Position numbers and translations under genes: made by a program. Of a stretch of DNA of 64,000 nucleotides, positions 40,107 through 51,659 are shown one piece after another (position 1 is the stretch's first letter; every line of letters starts with the position of its first letter). Under the pieces are notes generated by a model that was not told where the DNA came from, made no database searches, and was given only the letters and a program-made list of their open reading frames with translations. Origin of the DNA: Amoebidium appalachense (Eukaryota > Protista > Ichthyosporea); the NCBI GenBank assembly GCA_963693365.1, contig CAVNZM010000022.1, positions 22,197 to 86,196 of the forward strand. Direction: 5' to 3'.

Positions 40107-40464
40107 ATGTTATGCACACATAATATTTTCCTCACCCCACCCCGCGTGCCTCCCGTGCCTCCTGTGCCTCCTGTGCCTCCTGTGCCTCCTGTGCCTCCTG
40201 TGCATTCCCCGTTCCCCGTTCCCCGGCCTGATCCTTAGTGTGATACTATGTCATCGCGTTTAAGAAATCTGTCTGTTGTCATTGGCCACTTACCCACTTA
40301 GAAGTGGGTAATGCTCTGTCGTTTGTTTTGTCTCCTTTTTTTTTTCTTTTTTTATTTTAAGTGGGAAAAGTGGGAAGTGGGAAATAGATTGATCGCGATC
40401 GGATCGGAGGTGGTTTGGTGTGGTGTGATCTCAAAGTTACCAGGCCACGTGACTAGTCCAATAT

Positions 40465-40659
40465 TGGATTGGGCGATGGACTTGGTAAAGTTCGAATCGA
40501 ATCGCGAAGGGAGTCTAGATACTCCCTCCCCGTCCCCCCCAGACCCCGTCCCCCCAGACCCCCGTGCACCGGGCCGGTCCGGGCGCCGTGCTCCGGGCTC
40601 CGTGCCTGGCGGCCCTTCGCGATTCGATTCGAACTTTACCAAGTCCATCGCCCAATCCA
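40465..40659. mobile_element. MITE, Mutator-like (47-bp perfect TIRs, 10-bp TSD)
   Basis: TIR tggattgggcgatggacttggtaaagttcgaatcgaatcgcgaaggg and its reverse complement; flanks agtccaatat / agtccgatat. Confidence 0.82.
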
Positions 40660-41022
40660 AGTCCGATATGGAGGTCCTTCATTTTCCATCTCTGACGTCA
40701 TAATCCCCTTTCATTTTCCATGCACACATATAAAGACATACCATGATATTTATTACATAATATCCGTAATAAATGCATACGATAGCATGATATTTTACTT
40801 TTTAAAATAAAAAATATATGATTTCACCTTAAAGTTTTAAAACCCACTTCGGACTGGGTTTCCATGCTTTTCCATGCGAACATCTGGAGTGCTGGCCCGA
40901 AAAGCGACCCGTCGACCCTTGTTTGCGAACATACATGATCATCAGTTTGCCCAATCGCTCGCCCATTTTCATTTGCAGGAAGGAGGCCTTGCTCTAGTCT
41001 ACCAAGAAGTCGTCAGAGAAAA

Positions 41023-41496
41023 ATGACAACCCACTGGGCGCAACGGTTTTTTCAGGCCTTCACCGACAATGCAACAAATATTACCGCAGCGGTGGCCCTG
41101 TTTGGGACGTTCGGGGCTACGTTGCATTACATTGAGGCAAACCGTCAGCGCACTGCAGTTCTGGAGGAAAAGATCAGCAAGACTCAAGCGGTCTTCGAGG
41201 TCAAGGAGGTAGCTCTGGAGGAAAAGATCAGCAAGACTCAAGCGGTCTTCGAGGTCAAGGAGGTAGCTCTGAAGGAAAAGATCAGCAAGACTCAGGCGGT
41301 CTTCGAGGTTGAGCTGCGTAGTAAGGAAAAGGAAATGGCTGCCCAGAGGGAGTTGTTTGAGCACAAGCTGGAGATACAGGAGCAGAAGCACCAGAGGGAG
41401 GTGGAAGCCTTCAAGGCGTTTACGTGGGATGTTCTGGTGAAGACCGGCCTGTCTGCAGACTACCCTTTCCAGCCCCATCCCAAGGCCGGGCAGTAG
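41023..41496 (+). CDS. Small protein: hydrophobic segment plus 3 x 18-aa coiled-coil repeat
   Basis: ITAAVALFGTFGATL then LEEKISKTQAVFEVKEVA x3. Confidence 0.55.
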   Translation: MTTHWAQRFFQAFTDNATNITAAVALFGTFGATLHYIEANRQRTAVLEEKISKTQAVFEVKEVALEEKISKTQAVFEVKEVALKEKISKTQAVFEVELRSKEKEMAAQRELFEHKLEIQEQKHQREVEAFKAFTWDVLVKTGLSADYPFQPHPKAGQ

Positions 41497-44400
41497 ATGC
41501 TTGGTCAGAGGTCCTCGTAAGAAGTTGTTATGGTTGAGTTACTTCCGGCGTCTTTGAGCCTGGGCATGCAGCAAACTCGTTTTAGATATATTTGTTCGCT
41601 GTTAGGAAACTGATTTTTTGAAGGTTGTTTATGAGATTGTGGCATAGGTTGATGATGTACAAGTCCAGTTGTAAGACATGCAAAGTGGATATGAGTGAAG
41701 GTCAGTGAAAGCGCTTGCAGGGCCCAGGTGGCAATAGCTAGCCGTTTATTTGAGTGAAGCAAGGGACACCGTTTTTTTTGAATTTTTAGTCGGAGCCGTA
41801 AGCTGCTCTATCGAATGACCTACACTATCGACACTTCACCCTTGCTGACGACCACATCAATACATAAGGCTGGAATGACCTTTCTCTCAAGTTGACTACG
41901 CACTTAAATGCCATGCAGACGCAGAAGCCTTCCCAAGAGATCGTGGCCCTGGTGATGCCGTCTTAGGGTCTCGCCGCTGCAGCTCGGCGGCAGTTGATTT
42001 GATTTCTGCCCGTTCTACTCCTCTCTTCTACCCCCTCGTTATCCATTCCGGGTGCCAGGGTGCCAAGATGTCCTGATGTGTTCATACACACTAGACATCT
42101 TAAAGCTAGCTATACTGTGCAATGATAAGCATGGCTCATCACAGAAGCACAGAAGCCATGCCCCGCGCTTAGTTGGATTCCTGTGTGGGTCTATCAGCTT
42201 TATACCAAAAAATGACAGTGTTGTCAATCATTTGCAAAAACTGGCATTAAGCCTTAGCATTCATAGGTCATATTAAGGACGTGTCACAAAGGTTTTCAAC
42301 AACTATAGGGAACGAGGAACAGAGATTGTTGGGCAAATATAATATAAAAGATATATAATAATAGAATCTAAAAACGAATGTGAATCTCTCGATAGCTCAC
42401 TTCTGTAGATAGTGCGCAAATAGGAGATATACGAGAAGGGACGGCGAGTGGGTTGGTGGGTGGTTCGAAAGTAGCAAGAAAGTGTGTGAAAGCGTGTGTG
42501 TGAGGTGAGCCAGAGTACGAAATAGTTGTGGTTCCGAGGAGAGAAGGGAGATAAAAAAGTCATGGGGGGTGATAGGGGGAGGGAGGGGAGAAAAAGCAAA
42601 TTCTTGCATGTGTGTGTGTGGTTGAGCATGGATGAGGGGGTATCAAGTAAGCAAGCACGGAATCGGGGGGATAGTAAGAGGCAAAAGGAAAAGGGTGGTC
42701 GAATCTCTTAAGAGTAAGCACGTGTTGAACAAGAGAGAGGGGACAGCAAGAGTATGGTTGATGTTTGTTAGCAAGTGAATGGCAGGGGTAAGTGTTTGTG
42801 CATGTGTGTGTGTACTATCCGCATCGCTTTCATGGAATCGAAGCTTCAGCTTGACTTAGTCATCAGGACAAACTTGAACAGCATGCTCGTTAACAACTGT
42901 CTCGATCAAGGTCTCGACAAGCTCTTTGTCAGCCAGCCCTGTTATTTCAGGACTCATTAAGAGGCAACGGGCGAAATAGACTAGGCCAAACAGCATCTAT
43001 GTGATCACGAGCTGCCATAGCTTCAGTACTGATTATTTTGTTTTGTACACCATGTCCGGAAAAAACTCTTGTCGAACCCGAAAAGAAGTGCAAAATTAGT
43101 TACTTTGGGTTGCCGCAAGTGCTACTTACGACAAAGAGCTCGTGCTCGACTAGGCATGTGTGGAGGTAATGGGACGAGGTACTCTGATCATCAAAGGAAC
43201 CATGAAATATTCGACCATAGACTTCCAGACACACACCACTGGAGTCTTCCACGCCAAGTATGACGTCACAGCTCGCAGGCGAATGGGTCCCCTTGGGCTG
43301 TAAAGCGCTTCGCTCGTCTGTCTAAGCTCCACAAGCTACTTAAAAACTTCAATGGCTAGCATAAGGGAAAATAGGGTTAAAGGGTATAGGTCAAAAAACG
43401 TCCTCGTCATCTATTTTGCTCTTCTACGACTCTGCTGTCTTAATTAAGCTTACGTCAGCCAAGTCAGCACAGCCGGGCCGGAAACATTTGTCACGCATGA
43501 CGTCACCACGATGTTCCCTACATGTTTTCATCCTCCTCCTCGTCCTCCACATGTACAGGCAACCACGCGTTAGCCTGTGTTTGTGCCTCGAGTTGGGGAA
43601 AACTCAGAAAAAGAACCCCAAAACGCCCGGGTTTCTCTATTATCGAATTGTTTCCCCCCCCTCTGACATGGGAAACTCGTAAAACCAAACCAAAAACACA
43701 GTTTTTTTTTGATACTCCCTACATGTTTCACTCTCCTAAACGCCGATAAATCCAGGAGATTTGGAAAACTCAACCAAAAACACCACGTATTGGATGTTCC
43801 CTGCATTATTTCATACACGGAGATACGGCAAACTAAACCAAAAACACCGTCCCTACATGTTTTCATCCTCCTCGTCCTCCACCGGAAGCCACATGTTGCT
43901 TTGTGTCTGTTCCTGTCTCTTGCGCCTGCCCATCTTCCTCCACACGAGCAGACCCAGCACACCCACGCCAAACCCACCAATCACGATGGCCTGTTAGAAG
44001 TTAAAACGACCGTGTAAGTAAAGTGGCCAATCAGAACTAATAAAATAAGTAAAATAATAATAACAATAAAACGTGTTTTCGTGTATGCGTGTGTGCACGT
44101 GTGTCTGCGCACGCACCCAAAGGTGTGCCAGTAATTGTATGCGTGTGTATGTGTACATGTTGGGAGTGATGGTGGTGGTTGGTGGAGGGGATGAGAGAGG
44201 GGGGCGGGGAGGGGGGAAGGGGGGGGGAAGGAGCGATCAGGGAGATGAAATTGCTATTCGTGTGTACGTGCATCCGTTTGTGGTATGTGCCTCTGTTTGC
44301 TTTTGGCGCCCCTAGATGTCCCCTTCCCTCCCCCCCTCCCCTCTCTCTCCCACCTCCCCGACTCCTTCCCCCCTCTCTCGTCTCCGCATGCATGTTCGGG

Positions 44401-45519
44401 TTTCACACTCTCAGTCTCACTTGCCCTCACACACACACACACTCTCTCTCCCTCCTGACCTCAGACCGCCCCTTCCCCTGTCCATGGGAAGGGGGGGGGG
44501 GAATAACATATGAGGGGCGAAAGCGCGGGGAGGGGAAGAAGGCAGGGCAGTGGACCAAGAGAAAAGCTATAAGAGGAAGAGAAGGAAAGAGGGGGGGGGG
44601 GGGGGAGGGGGGGGGGGAGGGAGGGGGGCTTCACACCAGTGCGACATAGATGTGCAGATTTGTGCTCCCTGCCTTTTAGCTCTCCTACCTGTGCCCTGTA
44701 GTAACACGGTCAGCATCCACTACATAATTTAACATTTATACCAGCCAAACATTTATACGAACACGCTCATGCATGAAAACGTGGCCACTTAGACATTTAT
44801 GCGCACCCACTTATACATTTTTATACATATCCACTATACATTTATACCCACCCCCTTATGAATTTACACGCACCAAGTTACAAATTTATAAGCATCCATT
44901 TTGCACATATACCCACCCACAAATGGACTTCTACACATCCGTCATACACATCCATTACATATTTATTCACACCACATAGACATACACCAATCCACTTAAA
45001 CATTTATACATACCCCCATTTTTACATTTCTACCTGACACATATGGAGGCACCCATTCATACATTTGTACACACCCACTTAGACATTGTTCCCACATGAG
45101 TGTATACTTACACAAATCACTCATGCATTTATCCACATCCACGTCCAGATTTATACTTACCAACTGGTGTCTTTTTGCCTCTCATTTGATATATTTATAC
45201 ACACCCACTATCCACATCCACGTCCAGATTTATACTTACCAAATGGTGTCTTTTTGTCTCTCATTTGATATATTTATACACACCCACTTATACAACAACT
45301 TTACATCCTCCCCCCCCCCCCCCCCCCCGCATTTAAACATCAACCCCCCTCCACCCCCACCCCCCTTCCCCCCACACATACACACATCCCCCCCCCCCAC
45401 AGACACACACACTTACACACCTATACAAACCCACTTACATACTTATAAACACCTACTACTATACACATTTATACCCACCCAATTAAACACAGAAATCCAG
45501 AACCCAAAAACACCTGACT

Positions 45520-46054
45520 CAACGTAGTGGACAACCACGTCCCCACTGGCAATGTAGGCCTTGGTGTTGGGATACCGGACGGCAATGTGTTTGGTACGGT
45601 GCTTGATGCCGGTGGAGTTGACGATGGCAATGGTCGACTGGTTGTCACAGTACACCGGAGTCGGAGCAAGCATGGGACAGCCGAGTTCCTTGAAGAGGTC
45701 ACGGACCCAAGCAACTTCTTGGGTGCCAGCATTGAGAGCAATCAGCTCAGCTTCAGTGGTGCTGGTGGCCGTGATGGGCTGGAGCTTGGAGTACCAGATG
45801 ACGGGCATACCAGCAAACACGATAATGTAGCCGGTGGTAGACTTCTTGCTGTCGGCACAACCAGCAAAGTCAGCATCCGTGTAGCATTCGAGTATGGGGG
45901 ACTGGGTGGCCGAGTACTTGTAGTCAATGCCAAGGTCAATGGTGCCGAGAAAAATGATTTCCCATTGAAAATAGGTAGTTTTGCTATCGGGACCAGTCTT
46001 CCCTTCACCTTTCCACATGGTGATTTTGTTTACGCCAGTTTTGTTTGGATCCAT
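45520..46054 (-). pseudogene. Internally deleted Copia element: gag N-terminus fused in frame to RNase H
   Basis: MDPNKTGVNKITMW...YFQWE joined to YTDADFAG..DSKKSTTGY, STTEAEL, YCDNQS, HRTKHIAVRY. Confidence 0.85.
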
Positions 46055-46116
46055 GATTGAAAAACGAGCGCGAGTTCTAGATGTGTGTAGGGAGCGTACA
46101 AAAGGGCTGCATAACC

Positions 46117-47041
46117 TGTTAAATTCTATAAGTATTTGGGATGTAAGCAGAGACACAGTGGTGCAGTGTGAAAACACCACAGACACACACAACAACAAAA
46201 CACGGAACGATCGGAGCAGTGTACACAACAGACATCAATGTTTAGACACGACTGAACTGAATTTATTCTGATCTTCGAATAAATACCTGAAATTCCTCTA
46301 AGTCCAATCCATACATGATTTCCGACCAGTCGGAAATCAGATCCATCTCTAATAGAAACCAATCACTAAGAACCAATTGCTTTCAGAGAGATCCGGTACG
46401 CGGAGGCGTACACGATAGGACACAGACACTAGTTAGGATCAACTCGTGTCATCATCAAGGAAGTTCTAACCTATGACATACTGCAAAGACTCAGACATAT
46501 CACACTTAACCTTGATGATTGGTTAAAGCCCGGCAACACATGAAAACTAAAGTGAATTAATGAAGTCTAAACACACATGCTATTCTAAGTGTAGCCTAAG
46601 TGTGTTACCGTCCAATGAACACGTATTAAGTAACACAAATCTACCTAACATATATTAGTAGAAAAGAAATACGATTATACACATGAAGACAAGGAGAGAA
46701 AGAAAAGAAAATAAGGAAGGAGAAAGAGGAAGGAAAAGAGAGCACAGATCAACAAACAAGATAGTAATAGCATAACTATAACCAGAGATATTTATGTACA
46801 CACGAACATGTACACGTCTCTCCCTGAGTGGGTGGATCCGTGTACACACATATAAATATTCTAATCGATATTACAATACACGATTAAAGCCGATACAACA
46901 CGATTACAAGTATACAAGCATATCGGAGATCGATGCTACACTTTACATAATAGGAGTGTGGCATTTACACTAAGCATATGAACTGAAACATAACACAAAC
47001 TGAGAAGATCTTACCATATGTAAATACTACGTATTACAACA
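46117..47041 (-). repeat. Copia LTR family A, complete copy (TG...CA) followed by PBS ggttatgcagccc
   Basis: tgttgtaatac...aatttaaca on minus strand; near-identical to 48405-49174 and 50279-51161. Confidence 0.88.
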
Positions 47042-48025
47042 GTGACCCCCGCCGGGCTTGTGGGGCGGCTTAAAGCCGTCAAGACCACAGCCGGGCTTGG
47101 GGTACATGGGGCAGGCCGCGCTGGGGTGGTCGGGGAAGCCACAGCGCTGACATGCGTCCTGGATGAGCAGAGTGGGTGGCAGGAGGAGATCCTGGTGGAG
47201 TTGGGCGAGCAGGTTGGGGCACTCGATCGGAGCCCGACCCTGCGGGTGGGCCACGGTGCGGGCGTATACGTCATAGTTGTGGATCTGGGCCCACGGGTAT
47301 CGGGTGCTGAGGCGAGTGATGTGCTGAGTCCAAAGTACGTCTTTGTCCGTGGGAAGGCCGAGGTGGTGCTTGGCGGCCATGTAATGGGTCCAAGCTTGGA
47401 TCCAAATGACGAGTGAACGCAGGGGAACGGGTTTGTCTTGGCGAAAAGTCTCGATGTTGCCGTCGTCGGCCATGCGCAGATGCTGACCTTTCTTGGATGG
47501 GGCCAGGAGGGCGGCGGGGGTGAACTTATACAGGTCGACGAAACGATTGGCGCGCAAATCTGCCAGCACATCCGCGGGGGGAAGCGGGAGTGTGCCCGGC
47601 TGAATGTCGCCAGTGTTCTCACCTGTGATGGGGGGCGCGGGCAGGGCAGGCAGGTCAAGGTCAGGGCCGAGATGCAGCCCCGGGGAAACCTCCCCGGGTG
47701 TGGAGGGCGCGGCGGGGGGCGCGGGAGGGTCGCGGTTGGTGAGAGCAGCCAGGACGCCAGCCATCTGGGTGCTGATGGCGGTGAGGGCGGCCAGGACGGC
47801 GTCTTGAGAAGTCATCTGCGGGGACGGCGGGGCCTGAGGGGGGACTTCAGGAGTGGAGGGGGAGAGTAGCCGGCGGGTCCGGGTCCGTGGTGGTATGGGC
47901 CGCTGGAGGCGCGTCAGTGTCCGCGGGAGCGTTGGTCAGCCTGTGGCGGAGGTGGCTGCGGGTCAGGCGCTTAGGTGCCGTGGCAGGGGCGGCGGCTGAG
48001 GCCTGGCGCTTTTTCGGCGGCATGC
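47042..48025 (-). pseudogene. DIRS/Ngaro-like gag ORF, disrupted
   Basis: WIQAWTHY...L...HI.RL...YPW..I..YD..AR pattern and CxxC.FPDH....C knuckle; Pro-rich N-terminus. Confidence 0.65.
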
Positions 48026-48404
48026 TGACCGGCGTAGGGAAAGATAGCGAGAATGAAAAGGAATATATAGCTGTAAGGCTGTGGATGCTAAACACAGAAG
48101 ATGTGTTTGTAGCTTGCTGATCTGCTAAAAACTGTCGTGCTTATATTATACCTAAGCCTACCGATCTGAGCCAATCAAAAATCGATCTAGTGATATGTGA
48201 AATCTGATCCGAGCCAATCATAACTCGGTCTAGTGATCTGTGGTATCTGATGTTTTGACTGGCTAATAGGTGCCCGTGTGCGGGCAGCCAACCGCTAACT
48301 GCTAAAACACGAAATGAAGCCTACATGGTTATGTTGGATAGAACACCCATCCTACGTGTTTACCCAGAAAAATATTTATGTCAATAATTTCCACAAATAA
48401 AACC

Positions 48405-49174
48405 TAATCGTGTGTTGTAATATCGATTAGAATATTTATATGTGTGTACACGGATCCACCCACTCAGGGAGAGACGTGTACATGTTCGTGTGTACATAAA
48501 TATCTCTGGTTATAGTTATGCTATTGCTATCTTGTTTGTTGATCTGTGCTCTCTTTTCCTTCCTCTTTCTCCTTCCTTATTTTCTTTTCTTTCTCTGTTT
48601 GTCTTCATGTGTATAATCGTATTTCTTTTCTACTAATATATGTTAGGTAGATTTGTGTTACTTAATACGTGTTCATTGGACGGTAACACACTTAGGCTAC
48701 ACTTAGAATAGCATGTGTGTTTAGACTTCATTAATTTACTTTAGTTTTCATGTGTTGCCGGGCTTTAACCAATCATCAAGGTTAAGTGTGATATGTCTGA
48801 GTCTTTGCAGTATGTCATAGGTTAGAACTTCCTTGATGATGACACGAGTTGATCTTAACTAGTGTCTGTGTCCTATCGTGTGCGTCTCCGCGTACCGGAT
48901 CTCTCTGAAAGCAATTGGTTCTTAGTGATTGGTTTCTATTAGAGATAGATCTGATTTCCGACTGGTCGGAAATCATGTATGGATTGGACTTAGAGGAATT
49001 TCAGGTATTTATTCGAAGATCAGAATAAATTCAGTTCAGTCGTGTCTAAACATTGATGTCTGTTGTGTACACTGCTCCGATCGTTCCGTGTTTTGTTGTT
49101 GTGTGTGTCTGTGGTGTTTTCACACTGCACCACTGTGTCTCTGCTTACATCCCAAATACTTATATAATTTAACA
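48405..49174 (+). repeat. Copia LTR family A, inverted, 5'-truncated copy
   Basis: Reverse complement of ~46117-46887; ends aatttaaca. Confidence 0.88.
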
Positions 49175-50278
49175 GTCGGAGGACCATCTGCCGAGTTGTT
49201 TGATCCGGGAGTTGTCGACCCCGGCCTCAGCCAGGGCTGTGGCCCCCCCGATTCGGAGGCTGTGGCCGGCAAACCGGGAGGGTGAGAGGCCTGCCCGGGA
49301 GAGAAGAGCACGGAAGTCGGCAGAGAAAGCACCCTTGGTGTAGGGAATGCCACCGAGACTGAAAAGGGGGTCGTCGGGTTGACCGGACGTTGTATCCAGG
49401 AACTGCCGGAGGAGATGGGCTGGGGAGAAGTGGGTGAGGGGCAGGGCAGCGAGAGTGACGTTGACACCTTCGGCCTGTACATCCGTCTTCAGGAGGTTGG
49501 CAGGTGGAGGGTGGCATGGGACAAAGTACCGGAGGGGGTGTAGCTGAAGGTCACGTCCTTCCTTTTAACGTGACGGCGACGGGTCGAAGGAAGTCAGGGT
49601 CTTGGAGGTAAATTCCCCCGAACGAAGGAGACCACAAAAACCGACGATGAGGACCGTCCATAGCCGGAGATTGGCCGAGGAGGCCTGGGTGGGGCACTGG
49701 CCATGGAGTAGGCTGAGGTGGGAGGGCAGGAGGGGCTCCCTGGTAGATGATCGGGGCCGGATGTTGTGAGAAAGCTGCCATCTGCCCACCCCTCGTAGGA
49801 ACCAGGCCAGAGACTTGTCGTGGGGGTAGGGAGCAGGGAGGCCCATGTCGAGGTGGAGTCTGGTGATGGCCGAATTGTAGCCGGCCAAGGAAGAGGCCTG
49901 TACCCCTCGTTGGGCACACCAGGCGAGAAAGAGCTGCACGGTGTGTGGGGAGGCCGGGAGGTAGGACCCGGAGGAGGACTGCAGCCGAGATGGCACACAA
50001 AAATCGATGAACACTTTTTGCACCCGGGAGTAAAAGGCCCGAGAGTCGAGGTTGAGACTCAGGGCCTGGCATTCCTGCAGGGTAGTGGTGGCTCGAAGCA
50101 GCTCGGCCTGAGCAACGTGGGGGGCCAATCTGCCGGCGTTGCTCCGGAAGGGGAGATCTTTGGGGGGGGGGGGGGGGGGGTTAGCCCAGGCCCTGATAGG
50201 ATAGGAACTCGTGGACCCAGGAGGGGAAGGGGCAGGGCTCCGGTTGCAGGGAAGGTCGGAGTCGTCGGGCTCGGGGAA
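49175..50278 (-). pseudogene. DIRS/Ngaro-type tyrosine recombinase, frameshifted and truncated
   Basis: FLAW...G...SSL..Y.SAI..LH, GFCGLLRSGEF, LKTDVQAEG, GHSLRIGGAT, LGRWSSD. Confidence 0.85.
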
Positions 50279-51161
50279 GTGGTGCAGTGTGAAAACACCA
50301 CAGACACACACAACAACAAAACACGGAACGATCGGAGCAGTGTACACAACAGACATCAATGTTTAGACACGACTAAACTGAATTTATTCTGATCTTCGAA
50401 TAAATACCTGAAATTCCTCTAAGTCCAATCCATACATGATTTCCGACCAGTCGGAAATCAGATCTATCTCTAATAGAAACCAATCACTAAGAACCAATTG
50501 CTTTCAGAGAGATCCGGTACGCGGAGACGTACTGATAGGACACAGACACTAGTTAAGATCAACTCGTGTCATCATCAAGGAAGTTCTAACCTATGACATA
50601 CTGCAAAGACTCAGACATATCACACTTAACCTTGATGATTGGTTAAAGCCCGGCAACACATGAAAACTAAAGTAAATTAATGAAGTCTAAACACACATGC
50701 TATTCTAAGTGTAGCCTAAGTGTGTTACCGTCCAATGAACACGTATTAAGTAACACAAATCTACCTAACATATATTAGTAGAAAAGAAATACGATTATAC
50801 ACATGAAGACAAAGAGAGAAAGAAAAGAAAATAAGGAAGGAGAAAGAGGAAGGAAAAGAGAGCACAGATCAACAAACAAGATAGCAATAGCATAACTATA
50901 ACCAGAGATATTTATGTACACACGAACATGTACACGTCTCTCCCTGAGTGGGTGGATCCGTGTACACACATATAAATATTCTAATCGATATTACAATACA
51001 CGATTAGAGCCGATACAACACGATTACAAGTATACAAGCATATCGGAGATCGATGCTTCATTTTACATAATAGGAGTGTGGCATTTACACTAAGCAAATG
51101 AACTGAAACATAACACAAACTGAGAAGATCTTACCATATGTAAATACTACGTATTACAACA
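50279..51161 (-). repeat. Copia LTR family A, 3'-truncated copy
   Basis: Near-identical to 46158-47041; lacks last ~40 bp. Confidence 0.88.
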
Positions 51162-51659
51162 AGGGGGGGGGGTGGAAGACCTGGGGGGGGAGTCTTTCTT
51201 CTTCTCCTTTTTTTCTGTGGCCTTCTGCTCGCGACGGCGGAGAATCTCCTGGTGGTTCGCCAACTCCTGGAGAACAATGCATGTTAGTTATGCATGAAGC
51301 AAAGCGTATTCCCCTCCACCCAATAAGGCTAACCATCTAATCTATACAAACAACCAAACTCCTACGACATGTGTAAGTAGATGTGATTAGAAAAGCGGTG
51401 AGTCCTCTCCCATGATAACAACAAAGCTCATCATTGTGTCTGGTCGTAATGTGGTGGTTCTGACATACAACCCCTTACACAAACACTTACAAAGCAGTAG
51501 AGATATACAAGGAAAAGGAAGAAGGTATTAAACAACCGAATACCAGAGTGGTAAAACTGATGTCATACTATGTGCACGATGTTGTCTCTATGTCAGAGAA
51601 AGATACCAGAGTGGTAAAACGTAACATAAAATCGTGCCGCACCACTGACACTTCTACAT

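Larger units (their letters stand above)
1..40300. mobile_element. Putative endogenous giant-virus-like (Nucleocytoviricota-like) region; left end outside window, right end approximate
   Basis: Dense intronless ORFs including D5-like helicase, YqaJ, KilA-N/T5orf172, DUF5760-like, C5-MTases, patatin, Fic and HNH; sharp switch to gene-poor retrotransposon/microsatellite DNA after ~40.3 kb. Confidence 0.75.

Noticed and set aside
40464-40660. Hairpin telomere of a linear viral genome
   Set aside because: A 10-bp flanking duplication explains the inverted repeat better as a MITE
45110-45290. Short local tandem duplications (also ~52288-52435, ~55690-55830, ~56910-57010)
   Set aside because: Ordinary two-copy slippage duplications in low-complexity DNA with no further structure
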